From: Leucoraja ocellata
Lineage: Eukaryota
Assembly (NCBI GenBank): GCA_036785375.1
Contig: JAWMAR010000076.1
Span: 7,998,001-8,062,000, forward strand
Length of the DNA: 64,000 nt
Direction: 5' to 3'
Shown: positions 38,701 to 47,326 of the stretch, one piece after another
Numbering within the stretch: the stretch's first letter is position 1
How the letters are laid out: each line of letters starts with the position of its first letter
Translations under genes and position numbers: made by a program
Notes under the pieces: model-generated
What the model was told of the DNA's origin: nothing
The model's input: only the letters and a program-made list of their open reading frames with translations
The model's database searches: none

Positions 38701-41700
38701 CAGCTTCATCCTGAATGTCACAAACGTGATGCTCAATGACTCTGCCGTCTATTACTGCACAGTGTGGGGAGATATCAGAGGGAACGGAACCAAGATGATT
38801 GTCACTAGTAAGTTCAGTTTACACAATACTAAACGATCTCCGTTAGTGAAAATATAGAGCAGTTTTGCGCGTTTTTGGATAGCAGTTTTGCACGTTCATT
38901 TTTATTTCAGTTTACAATATTTAAAATGTTAAAAACATTAAAAGTGTTGAATCTTTTAGTTTTCATAGTCATACAGCGTGAAAACAGGCCCTTCGGCCCA
39001 ACTTGCCCATACCGATTCATTTTCATGTATATATTTATGCAGGGTCAGATTTAGATGAAGAGAGGCCCTAAGCTATTTCACTTGTGAGACCCCCCCATTC
39101 CCTGGTCCAGATGTAAGTAGGAGAAGGTGTCCGAGAGTTGGCGCATGGCCTCAGCTTTGTAGAGATCAACGCGCCAGACTACCATGGCACCTCCATTGTT
39201 GGCGGGTTTGATAACCCAGTCTGGGTTGTTGCGGAGTGAGTCGATGGCAGTACGTTTGGGGGGGAGAGATTGGAGTGAGACAGGGGAGTGGAGAAGTTGA
39301 GGTGGTTGATGCCCCGCCTACAGTTTTGGATAAAAAGGTCTAAAGCCGGAAGATGGCCATGAGGGGGGTCCACGAGGAGGGGGTTGGTTGGAGACGGGAA
39401 AAGGGATCATCAATAGGGGGCGAGGACTCCTTCCCATGGAAGAATGCTGTGGGGTGGAGGCGACGGTATAAGAGCTCCAAGTCGTGGTGGGCGCGGAACT
39501 CATTGAGGTGGGGACGGAGGGGGACAAAGTTAATGCCTCTGCTGAGGACTGACCATTCGGTGTCAGAGAGCGGGAGGTCAGGGGGGATGGTGAACACACG
39601 GCAGGGATGGAGGTTGGGGCCGGAGGAAGGCAGGTGAGTGAACTGAGGCCGAGGCGATATTTGATGGGGGGGGGGGGTCGCAGAGTATCCTCTAGTATCT
39701 TTGCCAGCCACTGAGGTTACCAGTGTTGGGGAGACTGGCACTAGGACCCAGTGCAGTCAAACCCAGGGGCGTGGGACTAGTGCAGCTGGGATATTGTTGG
39801 CCGATGTGGGCTAGTTGGGCTGAAGGGCCTGTTTCCACACTAATCACTCTATGACTCAATGACAATTACCTGTTTTTTTCATCTCTGGCCTTTATCCAAC
39901 CATCTTCCTGTCAAAACCCCTCACCTGTTTTACCTATTACCTGCCATGCTTTGTCCTGCCCTTCCTCTCTTCTAGCTTTCTATCCTCCCCTCCCCCCACA
40001 CACACAATCAGTCTGAAGAAAGATCCTGACCCAAAATGTCACCTATCCATATTCTCCAGAGATTAAGCCTGTTCCCATGCTACACTGTTCTATGTTTTAT
40101 TACAGACATTCACTTTGTTCCACCCCCTGCCCTCCCCCAGGTTCCTGGCTACTTAGACCAACCTGGCCTCTCAGACCAACTCGCTTGCTCAGTTCTGATG
40201 AAGGATTTTCAACTTGCAGAGTAGATTGTATCTCTCCCCACAGATGCAGCCTGATCTGCTGAGTGTGTTCACAATTTTCTATTTTTATCCCAATCTGGGT
40301 AGCTTTGGAGAATGCTATGATGGGGCATCTATGATGGGGCATCAAGCAAGCCTGTGTGTTTGCTTAAAATGAGAGAAATAAACACATGTTGCAACTAAAC
40401 TCTATAAACCTTTGATATTTTTCAGATCAAACATATGAAAAGTTGTCTTCGAAAATCTTGGGCGGTATTGTAGCCTGTGTCCTGGTATTCATCCTCTTAT
40501 TCATCATCTTAGCAATAGCAGTGTGCTATATGAAGAAATGGGTGTGCTTCCAACACATGTTTAAATCCGAAGGGTGAGTAAAATGTATTTCCACATCTTG
40601 CTTTAATATGATATTGAATTAAGCATGGTGGGCACGGGCGTTGAATCCAGCAAAGACCGGAGGAAAGAGTCGTAGAACATGGAAGTTTCATGGGATGGAA
40701 CAGTTCAGGCACGGGTGTAAAGGTGGGTTTGCTGCCTTACAGCGCCAGAGGCCCGGGTTCGATTCTGACTATGGGTGCTATATGTTCAGAGTTTGTCTGT
40801 TCTTCCCGTGACCTGCATGGGTTTGCTTGTTTCCTCATACATTCCAAAGAAGTACAAGTTTGCAGGCTAATTGTAGGTAAAATGGTAAATTGTCCTAGTG
40901 TGTAGGATAGTGTTATTGTGCGGGAATCGCTGGTCGGCGCAGACTCGGTGGGCCGCAGGTCCTGTTTCCACACTGTATCTTAAACTAAATTAAACTAAAA
41001 TTTCAGTTATGTGGAGGGACTGGAGAGGCTGGGTCCCAATGCCAGCACATCCTTCCTCAGATATAGACTGATCATAATACGCCAAACTGCTCATAATACG
41101 CCAAACACGGTCTGAGCAGTGCCTTATAAAGCCTCAGCATTACAACCTATTTTGTATTATAGCCCTCAAAGTAAATGTGAGCTTTGCATTCACCTTCCTT
41201 ACTACCGATTCGACTTGCAAATTAATCTTTTGAGAATCCTGCACCAGCACTCCCAAGTCCCTTTGCACCTCTGATTTCTGAATTATCTCCCCATTTAGAA
41301 AATAAGACAATTTTATGTGATTATTGAACATCCCACCACATTGCAGACCTTTCTTTAGACTTTAGAGATATAGTGTGGAAATAGGCCCTTCAGCCCACCA
41401 AGCCCAGTGATCACAAACACTATCCTACTCACTGGGGCCAATTTACAATTTTTACCGAAGCCAATTAATCTGCAAACCTGTACATCTTTGGCGTGTGGGA
41501 GGAAATTGGAGCACCGGAGAAAACCCACGCAGGTCACGGGGAGAATGTACAAACTTCGTAGAGACAGCAGCCGTAGTTAGGATTGAATTTGTGTCTCTTG
41601 CACTGTAATGCTGCAATTCTACCGCTGCGCCATTGTGTTTATTTATTTATTTATGTATTTATTTGTTTTATTTTTTAATTCATATTTTTATTAGAAGCAG

Positions 41701-44700
41701 TATACAAAAGTATATTGTACCGCTTCCATTTTAATTTTAACAAAGATGAAATAGAAAAAAGAGAGAAAGAGCAAGAAAGAAAAGAAAGTGAAAGAGAAAG
41801 TGAATATGTAAGAATAGAACCCCTACCAAATTAGTGTAATCTAAGAGTAAGTAAAAACTTTTTTTTTTAAAAGGAAAAAAAACACAAAAAGTGTTGATAT
41901 ACCTCACCCATCACCCAGTCCGTAAATCGGTTTAATTCTGATGTTATGTTGCAACATACTATCCTTGTAATGAATCCATGAAAGGAATCCATATATTTGA
42001 AAATTGCTCTGGTTTTCCTGCTAAGACAAGTCTCATATCATCAAGATGTAGCATCCGCTGTGCCATTGTGGCACCACTTTTTTTTTGTCTGTGGCCGTAA
42101 AGCTAAAATGCTATAACACCACATTTGTTTCTCTTGTATTTTTATCTTTGCACCACCTGTTGTAGTTGTATCTGCTTTGATTGTAATATGATTGACTGGG
42201 TAGCATGCAAATAAAACTTTTCACTGTACCTCATTACACATAAGAACAATAAACCAATACCAATGCAGTCCCGTTGTTGTTCTTCAGAGACATTCAACAA
42301 ATATAAATAGTTCACTGACAGTGTGTTCTATATCATTTCACTAGGAACTCTACTGAAGACCTGAACCCAGTTTATTCGACAGTTACAGGTAAAAAGTTAA
42401 TTTCAGTACTCATATTGGGGATTTCTTCAAATGTTGTCTATGTTCAGTAATGATTCCAAATGTAAGAACATAAGAAACAGTCAAGGGAGTAGCCCAGTGT
42501 TGCACCATTCTCAACTTAAACTATTCAACCTCTTTGGCTTTTCAATTCCTTTAAACATACTCAACAAATTAGCTTCACAGTTCTCTGTGAGAGAAATATA
42601 AAGATTTAAAGCAATCTTCAAAGAAAATTCTGCACAACTTAGTCATCTTGAACTAACACCATATCTGAGTGTGGAATCCGTTGCCATGGATGGCAGTGGA
42701 GGCCATGTCATTGGGTATTTTTAAATCAGGCATTGATAGGTTGTTGGCTAGTGAGGGTGCCAAATGTTACAGGGAGAGGATGGGGATGAAAGCGAAATAT
42801 CGATCAGCCATGATTGAATGGTGGAACAAACTTGATGGGCCAAATGCCTAAATCTGCTCCTATATCTTAGATCAATAGGAACAGTTGGAATACATATCTC
42901 CTCTCTATTAGATCTTGTATCTAAACAATCTATTCAAGCACTCAAAGTCTCCATCTAGGCAACTAAAATAGAGTTTTGGTTGATATTTTGGGTCATGATC
43001 ATAGTGAGCAGATAGCCAACTGAAAGAGGTGAAGGGGAGGTGTGAGGCAGGACAGGCAGTAATAGATAGAAACAGATGAAGCGAGGAAAGAGGGGCAGAT
43101 GAGCCAAGTGGGGGAGCAGATGGTTGGAATAGAGGCTGAAAGCTAATGTGGAAAGAAGAGATGCTGGAATCCTACAGAAGGTGACATGCGGAAACAATGG
43201 TTCAAAAGTGCTTTTATTGTCACATTTGCGAAGTGCTAACAATGAAATTATTTTTCATACAAACAGTCCAGTAGAATATTGCTATACTCCGATCCCTAAT
43301 TATAGCAATTGTACAGAAATAGTCTACTGGGCCCGCATGCAAGAGGCGCCATCTAGTAGTGCTATTTTAAAAGTCCTCGCTCTAGTTCTTATGAGAAGTG
43401 CCTGTTCCAGTCAAATCCCAGGCTGTTGCAGATCTCCAGCCATGTCCTTCCTTCAACACCACGCTACCTTATCAGATTCCTGCATCTGCAGTCTCTTGTG
43501 TCCCTAAAATAGAGAGCAGCCTGCCACCAAGTACTGCTGCCTCTGCCCTCCTCCACTAAATGGACACACCATCAGTCTTAAACAAATTATTGGATATATA
43601 TCAATTCCTGCAGCCAATCAAAAGATGCCTGCTGTAAGTGATAAATTAATGGCAGAATTTTAGAAAAACCAACATTAACACAGACTCTCAAATTTCAATC
43701 CATTTGATAGTGGCTGAATTTAAACCTATGATAGTGAACTAAAGGGTATATGTCCATGAATTAATTAAATGATAATCCTTTACATTCAATTGAGAAGTTT
43801 CCGGATCCACCAACTAAAAGGCAACTTCTACAATACTGCACTGAAGCATAGGCCTACACAGTTTGGCTTAACCCCCTAAAGAGGGCCTGATCCACAGCCT
43901 GCAGACTCCAGAAGTAAGCCGGACGTCTAGCCTTTAAGACATATGTGAGTCTTGTCATGCCTCTGTCAAGAGTGAGAAACTCTTCATACATATGACAGCA
44001 CGATGGCGCTGTTGTGTTGTTGTCTTACAGCACCAGCGACCTGGGTTCAATCCTGACTACGGGTGCTGTCTGTACGGAGATTGTGCATTCTCCCTGTGAC
44101 CGTGTGGGTTTTTCCCAAATGTTCTGGTTTCCTCCCACACTTCAAAGACGTACAGGTTTGTCCCTAGAATGTGGAACAGCATCCCTCTTCTCATCAGAAC
44201 TACCCCTCCATCGACTCCTTTAAGTCGAGACTTAAAACTCATCTTTAGTCTCAAGCCTTTCTTGACATCCTCTGAGTGAGGGCTATATGTATTTATGTAT
44301 GTACGTACCAATATTGTATAACGTTAGTACCTCCACCAATGTAAAGCACTTTGGCCAACGAGAGTTGTTTTTTAATTGTGCTATAGAAATAAAGTGACTT
44401 GACTTGACTTGACTAGTGTACGGGGATTGCTGGCCGGCGTATACTTACATAGAAACATAGAAAATAGGTGCAGGTGTAGGCCATTCGGCTCTTCGAGCCT
44501 ACACCACCATTCAATATGATCATGACTGATCATCCAACTCAGTATCCTGTACCTGCCTTCTCTCTTAGTGGCTGAAGGGCCTGTTTCCACGCTGTATGTC
44601 TAAACTAAACATATGTGTTCTGCAGAATGTTGCAGCTATCTGAATGCAGTGGATAAGGGATGACAATAAGTTTGTATACCGCACTATGATTTCATTTTGA

Positions 44701-46343
44701 TTCTCACCCGTATGTGACAACTCAACAGATTCTTATTTTATTTCAGTTGAAACCAAGACCAATACAGAACCGGCCCCCAATGTCACTATGGTAAGTACCA
44801 GACATAAATACAAACTACTGGAGCAACTCGGTGGGTCAGGCAGCATCTGCGGAAAGAAATGGACAGGCGACATTTTGCCCATGCTTTAATTGAATGCCAT
44901 CACTTCCTTTTTAGACCTATACAAGCCATCTCAGGTTTACCAATGTCCACCTTACACTCTTACATATGAACAAGCTTCCATAAATATCATTATATTCAAA
45001 GTCTTACGTACATACATCACGTTCATTCCTGTGACTAGTGATGTGTCACAGGGTTCGGTGCTGGGCCCGTTACTGCTTGTCATGTACAGCAATGATTTGG
45101 ATGAGAACATACAGGGCACGATTAGCAAGTTTGCTGATGATACAAAAGTTAGTGGTTTTGCAGATAGTGAAGATGGTTGTGAAAGATTGCAGCAGGATCT
45201 GGATCGATTGGCCATGTGGGCGGAGGAATGGTTGATGGAATTTAATACAGAGAAGTGTGAGGTGTTGCATTTTGGGACATCGAACTAGGGTAGGACCTAC
45301 ACAGAAAATGGTAGGCCTCTGGGTAGTGTTGTAGAGCAAAGGGATCTAGGAGTACAAGTGAATGGTGCCATAAATGTTGAGTTGCAGGTAGATAAGGTGA
45401 TCAAAACAACTATTGTCACTTTGGCCTTCATCAGAGAGATTATTGAGCATAGAACTTGGGAGGTCATGTTGCAGTCAAGACGTTGGTGAGACCGCATTTG
45501 GAATATTGTGTTCAGTTCTGGGCACCATGTTATAGGAAAGATGTTGTCAAGGTTGAAAGTGTTCAGAAAAGATTAACAAGGATGTTGCCAGGACTAGAGG
45601 GTGCGAGCTATAGGGAGAGGTTGAGTAGGCTGGGTCTCTATTCCATGGAGCATAGGAGGATGAGCGGAGATCTTGTAGAGGTATATAAAATCATGAGTGG
45701 AATAGATCGGGTAGATCCACCATCTTTTACCCAAAGTAGGGGAATTGCGGACCAGAGGACATAGGTTCAGGTTGAAGGAGAAACAATTTAATAGGAATCC
45801 AAGGGGTAACTTTTTCATACAGAGGGTGGTGGGTGTATGGAACAAGCTGCCAGAGGAGGTAGTTGAGGCTGGGACTATCCCATTGTTTAAGAAACAGTTG
45901 GACGTACATGGATAGGATAGGTTTGGATGGTTATGGACCAAGGGCAGGCAAGTGGGACTCGGGTAGATGGGACATTGTTGGCTGGTGTGGGTGAGTTGGG
46001 CAAAAGGGCCTTTTCCACACTGTATTACTCTATGCTTATAACTAGTTTGCTCTTTTTTCCCCTTTTGGTAAATGTTCTTTCTTGTTCATCTTATATGTTT
46101 TTGATGCCATTCATTATAAACTGTGATGGTATGGAGTGATTTTGCGTATTTTCTGACTGATGGACAAAATCGGCTTATAGATTCAGCATTCTCTTGTGTC
46201 ATTTACATTTTGTTTTTCTATTGCAGTCGGCAGAACCGGAGATACTCTATGCTGATATTCAGTTTGTACGACAGAATGCCAAAGCTCCAACCTTAGAAGT
46301 CAGCGAGGAGACAACTGAATATGCTGCCATCAAACGTACATAA
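14353..46343 (+). CDS. Spliced Ig-superfamily type I receptor: 6 VJ-type V domains + TM + ITIM/ITSM tail (SIRP/NITR-like inhibitory receptor); leader exon not located
   Basis: Exons 14353-14703, 16429-16773, 18574-18921, 28391-28735, 31740-32087, 38463-38807, 40426-40573, 42345-42388, 44747-44790, 46227-46343. Each has an AG acceptor and all but the last a GT donor. Intron phases 1,1,1,1,1,1,2,1,0 are compatible. Sum 2435 nt, giving 811 codons plus stop once the split leader base is added. Confidence 0.88.
15110..15930 (+). repeat. GC-rich non-coding dispersed repeat (probable non-autonomous retroposon)
   Basis: Shares CCTACCTGGTCGGAGAGG..TCCTCGCGGCCTACC..CAGCTTCGGCAGCGGCACAGCGCTGG with 1690-2520, 24925-25830, 33276-34180; AATAAA near the 3' end. 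Confidence 0.75.
16429..16773 (+). CDS. Exon V2: Ig V-set domain (type A)
   Basis: ctttcaag|TT GCA AAT; [49 protein letters not shown]; donor gtgagt; 345 nt. Confidence 0.93.
18574..18921 (+). CDS. Exon V3: Ig V-set domain (type B)
   Basis: cacacag|AT CCC; [44 protein letters not shown]; donor gtaagt; 348 nt. Confidence 0.93.
19927..20886 (+). CDS. gag: DIRS Gag-like ORF1 (N-terminus from ATG 19658 probably separated by a frameshift near 19878)
   Basis: 319-aa ORF upstream of pol; its stop overlaps the pol start (ATGA at 20883-20886). Confidence 0.75.
   Translation: MRQLLEQMLEQEMQARHLQGGRALASSKPSPHPSVPSLFEVSKGGQDWAGLSQGQADDCASMPGELEEEELLGVVSRYAAPPRTGRMLEPRMAASINRLSNKPLQEKVLQEALDTYTAPENCEALRVKTVNGQIWSQLGQHIRTQELKMQRILKLHTAAITAFARSTENVELTTPQQDLLALMCNTQYELNNLRRENIRPALNPKYAGLCKAPAPEKEALLFGADLRKRLKELEEAAKPVGRMRAGPGPSRVKTPSWQHASASTSRYRAGESLVTASHYPQSSFLERGPERSRGKIRRPTTAPTRTPSGQTHHRRRSQK
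20883..22823 (+). CDS. pol: DIRS reverse transcriptase / RNase H / methyltransferase-like ORF
   Basis: 646 aa; DIKDAY, LPNGL, YLDD; TDAS and INYLEMLA (RNase H); DLFASRLN and YAFPPF (DIRS methylase-like domain). Confidence 0.95.
   Translation: MNMEVGGSGSCQHTQTKGVVLTGGRLRFFKHVWCSITNNKFILNSISGYKIEFKPGIEPPVQHIPQRVFLPTELEKVEGQAELDRLVSKGIIERARHEPLEFVSNIFIRTKKDGGCRIIIDLTSLNQSVEYQHFKMETFVTARQLISKGYFMASIDIKDAYYLVPIHKDHFRYLKFIWMGQLWQYRALPNGLTTAPRLFTKILKVAMKKLREQKHLVMAYLDDVLILGRTRELAVAGVLATKQLLETLGFVLHPDKSVLKPTTNMDYLGFTIDSIRMTVTLPRDKKAALAEACNNLITKTQPKIRHVARVIGSIVAAFPAEQYGPLHYQNLQRARTHALRQSRGHYDRTMDLPAEAISELQWWVDNIWHSYSPIAVTNPNIVITTDASALGWGATNSISSTGGRWTNSEASLLQSLGINYLEMLAAFYGLKAYAFDMRYVHVRLMIDNTMVVTYIQHMGGIKSVSCDKLTTIIWQWCVERHIWLSAAYLPGKLNTVADTRSRKFNDNIEWMLDPKIFARIVKQYGTPDIDLFASRLNHQLPMYVAWEPDPEAAAVDAFTLDWGNFFFYAFPPFCLISRVLQKIQADSASGILVVPDWPTQPWFPVFHDMVVESPMVFHSHPQLLTHPVSGISHPCHQNLKLLVCRF
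22841..23794 (+). CDS. DIRS tyrosine recombinase (first ATG 22871)
   Basis: [15 protein letters not shown] (HxxR), AGW, FRKFY catalytic signature. Confidence 0.93.
   Translation: MGLSERTITTMSASLRVSTKKQYLTYIKKWEQYCLDAGTSYKTASITDVLEFLAHLHHDQKMSYSAVNAARSALSAYLMPTGHHSIGSHPLVIKLLKGIYNTKPPTPRYTHVWDISVVLSHLRGWPPVGSLSLEQSTLKTLMLMALVSAQRVQSLHQLRLDNMVTTPDCITFTMPGLVKQSRPDMPNSPLIFRAYPPEPRLCVVTHLYNYVDTTHTLRGSEKASWVSHKKPFGRVTSQTISRWLKQVLKAAGINTDVFKSHSIRAASTSAAERMEVPIDHILSTAGWSRESTFRKFYHKPLMEKDLLADKILESANL
24485..27065 (+). mobile_element. 5'-truncated CR1 LINE (copy A), interrupted by GC-rich element 24925-25830
   Basis: [35 protein letters not shown]; TTTCTATG-like tail. Confidence 0.9.
27066..27214. 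repeat. ~150-bp imperfect palindrome of Penelope terminal-repeat sequence (duplicate at 37141-37286)
   Basis: GAAGGTACACAAAAATGCTGGAGAAA...AACGTTTCGAAACGTT...TTTCTCCAGTATTTTTGTGTACCTTC. Confidence 0.88.
28391..28735 (+). CDS. Exon V4: Ig V-set domain (type A)
   Basis: cccattaaag|TT GCA AAT; near-identical to V2; donor gtgagt; 345 nt. Confidence 0.92.
30093..31248 (+). mobile_element. Internally deleted Penelope-like element with 13-bp TSD
   Basis: [10 protein letters not shown] and [19 protein letters not shown] motifs joined to the terminal repeat; CCAAGTATAACAT at 30080-30092 and 31249-31261; single-copy empty site near 18107. Confidence 0.85.
31740..32087 (+). CDS. Exon V5: Ig V-set domain (type B)
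   Basis: cacacag|AT CCC; near-identical to V3; donor gtaagt; 348 nt. Confidence 0.92.
32836..37140 (+). mobile_element. 5'-truncated CR1 LINE (copy B) with nested GC-rich element and nested younger CR1
   Basis: Duplicate of 24485-27065 plus insertion 34498-36219. Confidence 0.9.
34498..36219 (+). mobile_element. Younger 5'-truncated CR1 LINE nested in older CR1
   Basis: RT ORFs 34489-35082 and 35165-35899 (FADD); (TTTCTATG)n tail; AACAT on both flanks; absent from copy A near 26145. Confidence 0.9.
38463..38807 (+). CDS. Exon V6: membrane-proximal Ig V-set domain (type A, distinct J end GTKMIVT)
   Basis: cccattaaag|TT GCA AAT; ends GGA ACC AAG ATG ATT GTC ACT A|gtaagt; 345 nt. Confidence 0.92.
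39095..39770 (-). mobile_element. Penelope-like element fragment (N-terminal ORF region)
   Basis: [27 protein letters not shown]; homologous to 30250-31050. Confidence 0.8.
40426..40573 (+). CDS. Transmembrane exon
   Basis: ttttcag|AT CAA ACA; [50 protein letters not shown]; donor GG|gtgagt; uncharged TM followed by KK; absent from the ORF track. Confidence 0.9.
40707..41000 (+). mobile_element. V-SINE (HE1-type)
   Basis: GGTTCGATTC B-box, V-domain, (CTAAA)n tail. Confidence 0.75.
41352..41636 (-). mobile_element. V-SINE (HE1-type)
   Basis: Reverse-complement V-domain and head. Confidence 0.75.
42345..42388 (+). CDS. Cytoplasmic exon 1 ([14 protein letters not shown])
   Basis: tttcactag|G AAC TCT...ACA G|gtaaaa; 44 nt, phase 2-1 bridges its neighbours; contains YxxV. 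Confidence 0.75.
43995..44610 (+). mobile_element. V-SINE interrupted by two LINE 3'-end fragments
   Basis: Head 43995-44165, resumes ~44415 and ~44565; nested (GACTT)n-tailed and (CATAGAAA)n-tailed fragments. Confidence 0.65.
44747..44790 (+). CDS. Cytoplasmic exon 2 ([15 protein letters not shown])
   Basis: tattttatttcag|TT GAA ACC...ATG|gtaagt; 44 nt, phase 1-0. Confidence 0.75.
45025..46035 (+). mobile_element. CR1 LINE 3' fragment in last intron
   Basis: QGSVLGP, FADD, RPHLEYC motifs. Confidence 0.88.
46227..46343 (+). CDS. Terminal exon with ITIM (ILYADI) and ITSM (TEYAAI)
   Basis: tttctattgcag|TCG GCA GAA; [41 protein letters not shown]. Confidence 0.9.
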   Translation, partial: SAEPEILYADIQFVRQNAKAPTLEVSEETTEYAAIKRT

Positions 46344-46574
46344 TGACTGATTAAAGGTCACCCCTCAGGGTTCTTCTGGCTGGTATCTGTCAAAGCACAG
46401 AACTCCCAAATGTCACAGTTCTTCGTTCTGGTTCTTAGGCATATGCCTCAATATTTTCTTACCCTTAATCTCACATAAAGTAGATAGCCTACAGATTGGT
46501 CTTCACATGCCACATTTATTCTTTTAATATAGTTTCCCAGTCTACCCAACAACTCACAACTCATACAGTCACCC

Positions 46575-47125
46575 CCCCTCGACTCTGTTCAAGGACCCAA
46601 GCAGTCATTCCAGTTGCAACAGAGGTTCACCTGGATCTCCTCCAACCTCATCTATTGCATCCACTGCGCTAGATGTCAGCTGATCTAAATCGGTGACACC
46701 AAGCATGGACTTGGCGATCGTTTCGCCGAACACCTCCGCTCGGTCCGCATTAACCAACCTGATCTCCCTGTGGCTCAGGACTTCAACTCCCCCTCCCATT
46801 CCGAATCCGGCCTTTCTGTCCTGGGCCTCCACCATGGCCAGAGTGAGCACCACCGGAAATTGGAGGAGTAGCACCTCATATTCCACTTGGGCAGGTAACA
46901 CCCTAGCAGCATAAACATTGACTTCTCCAATTTCTGGTAGCCCTTGCTGTCTCCTCCCCTACTCAGTTCTCCCTCAGCTCCCCCCCCCCCCCCCCCCCCC
47001 CCCCCCACTCATCAGTCTGAAGAAGGGTGTTGGCCCGAAATGTTGCCTATTTCCTTCGTTCCATAGATGCTGCTGCACCCGCTGAGTTTCTCCAGCACAT
47101 TTGTCTACCTACGATTTTTCAGCAT
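46575..47125 (+). mobile_element. Penelope-like 3' fragment (GIY-YIG endonuclease + terminal repeat)
   Basis: Translates as SSNLIYCIHCARCQLI*IGDTK..LGDRFAEHLRS, then poly-C and CTGAAGAAGGG..CCCGAAA. Confidence 0.85.
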
Positions 47126-47326
47126 CTTTGTTGATTCTTCAGCATGCCGATATAGAATATCATCTTATACACATGCTGCAAATTCATCTACACAATTAGA
47201 GCTAATTTTATTTCCCAGACCCGATGTGAATTAAAGTCCCAAGATATTACTATGATGCGTTGCTACATTACCTTCTCAACATGATTTCCCACTGATATCT
47301 GTGGTTAGATAAACTGACTACAAATT

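Larger units (their letters stand above)
16429..38807 (+). repeat. Intragenic tandem duplication, ~7.15 kb ancestral unit (copy A 16429-28390, copy B 28391-38462)
   Basis: Collinear near-identical intron and exon sequence. After removing copy-specific insertions the units are ~7146 and ~7176 bp. Confidence 0.95.

Noticed and set aside
14353-38807. Interpretation as an IgL/TCR locus of separate V genes
   Set aside because: V2-V6 lack leaders and RSSs, there is no constant exon, and the exons splice in frame to one TM and ITIM tail.
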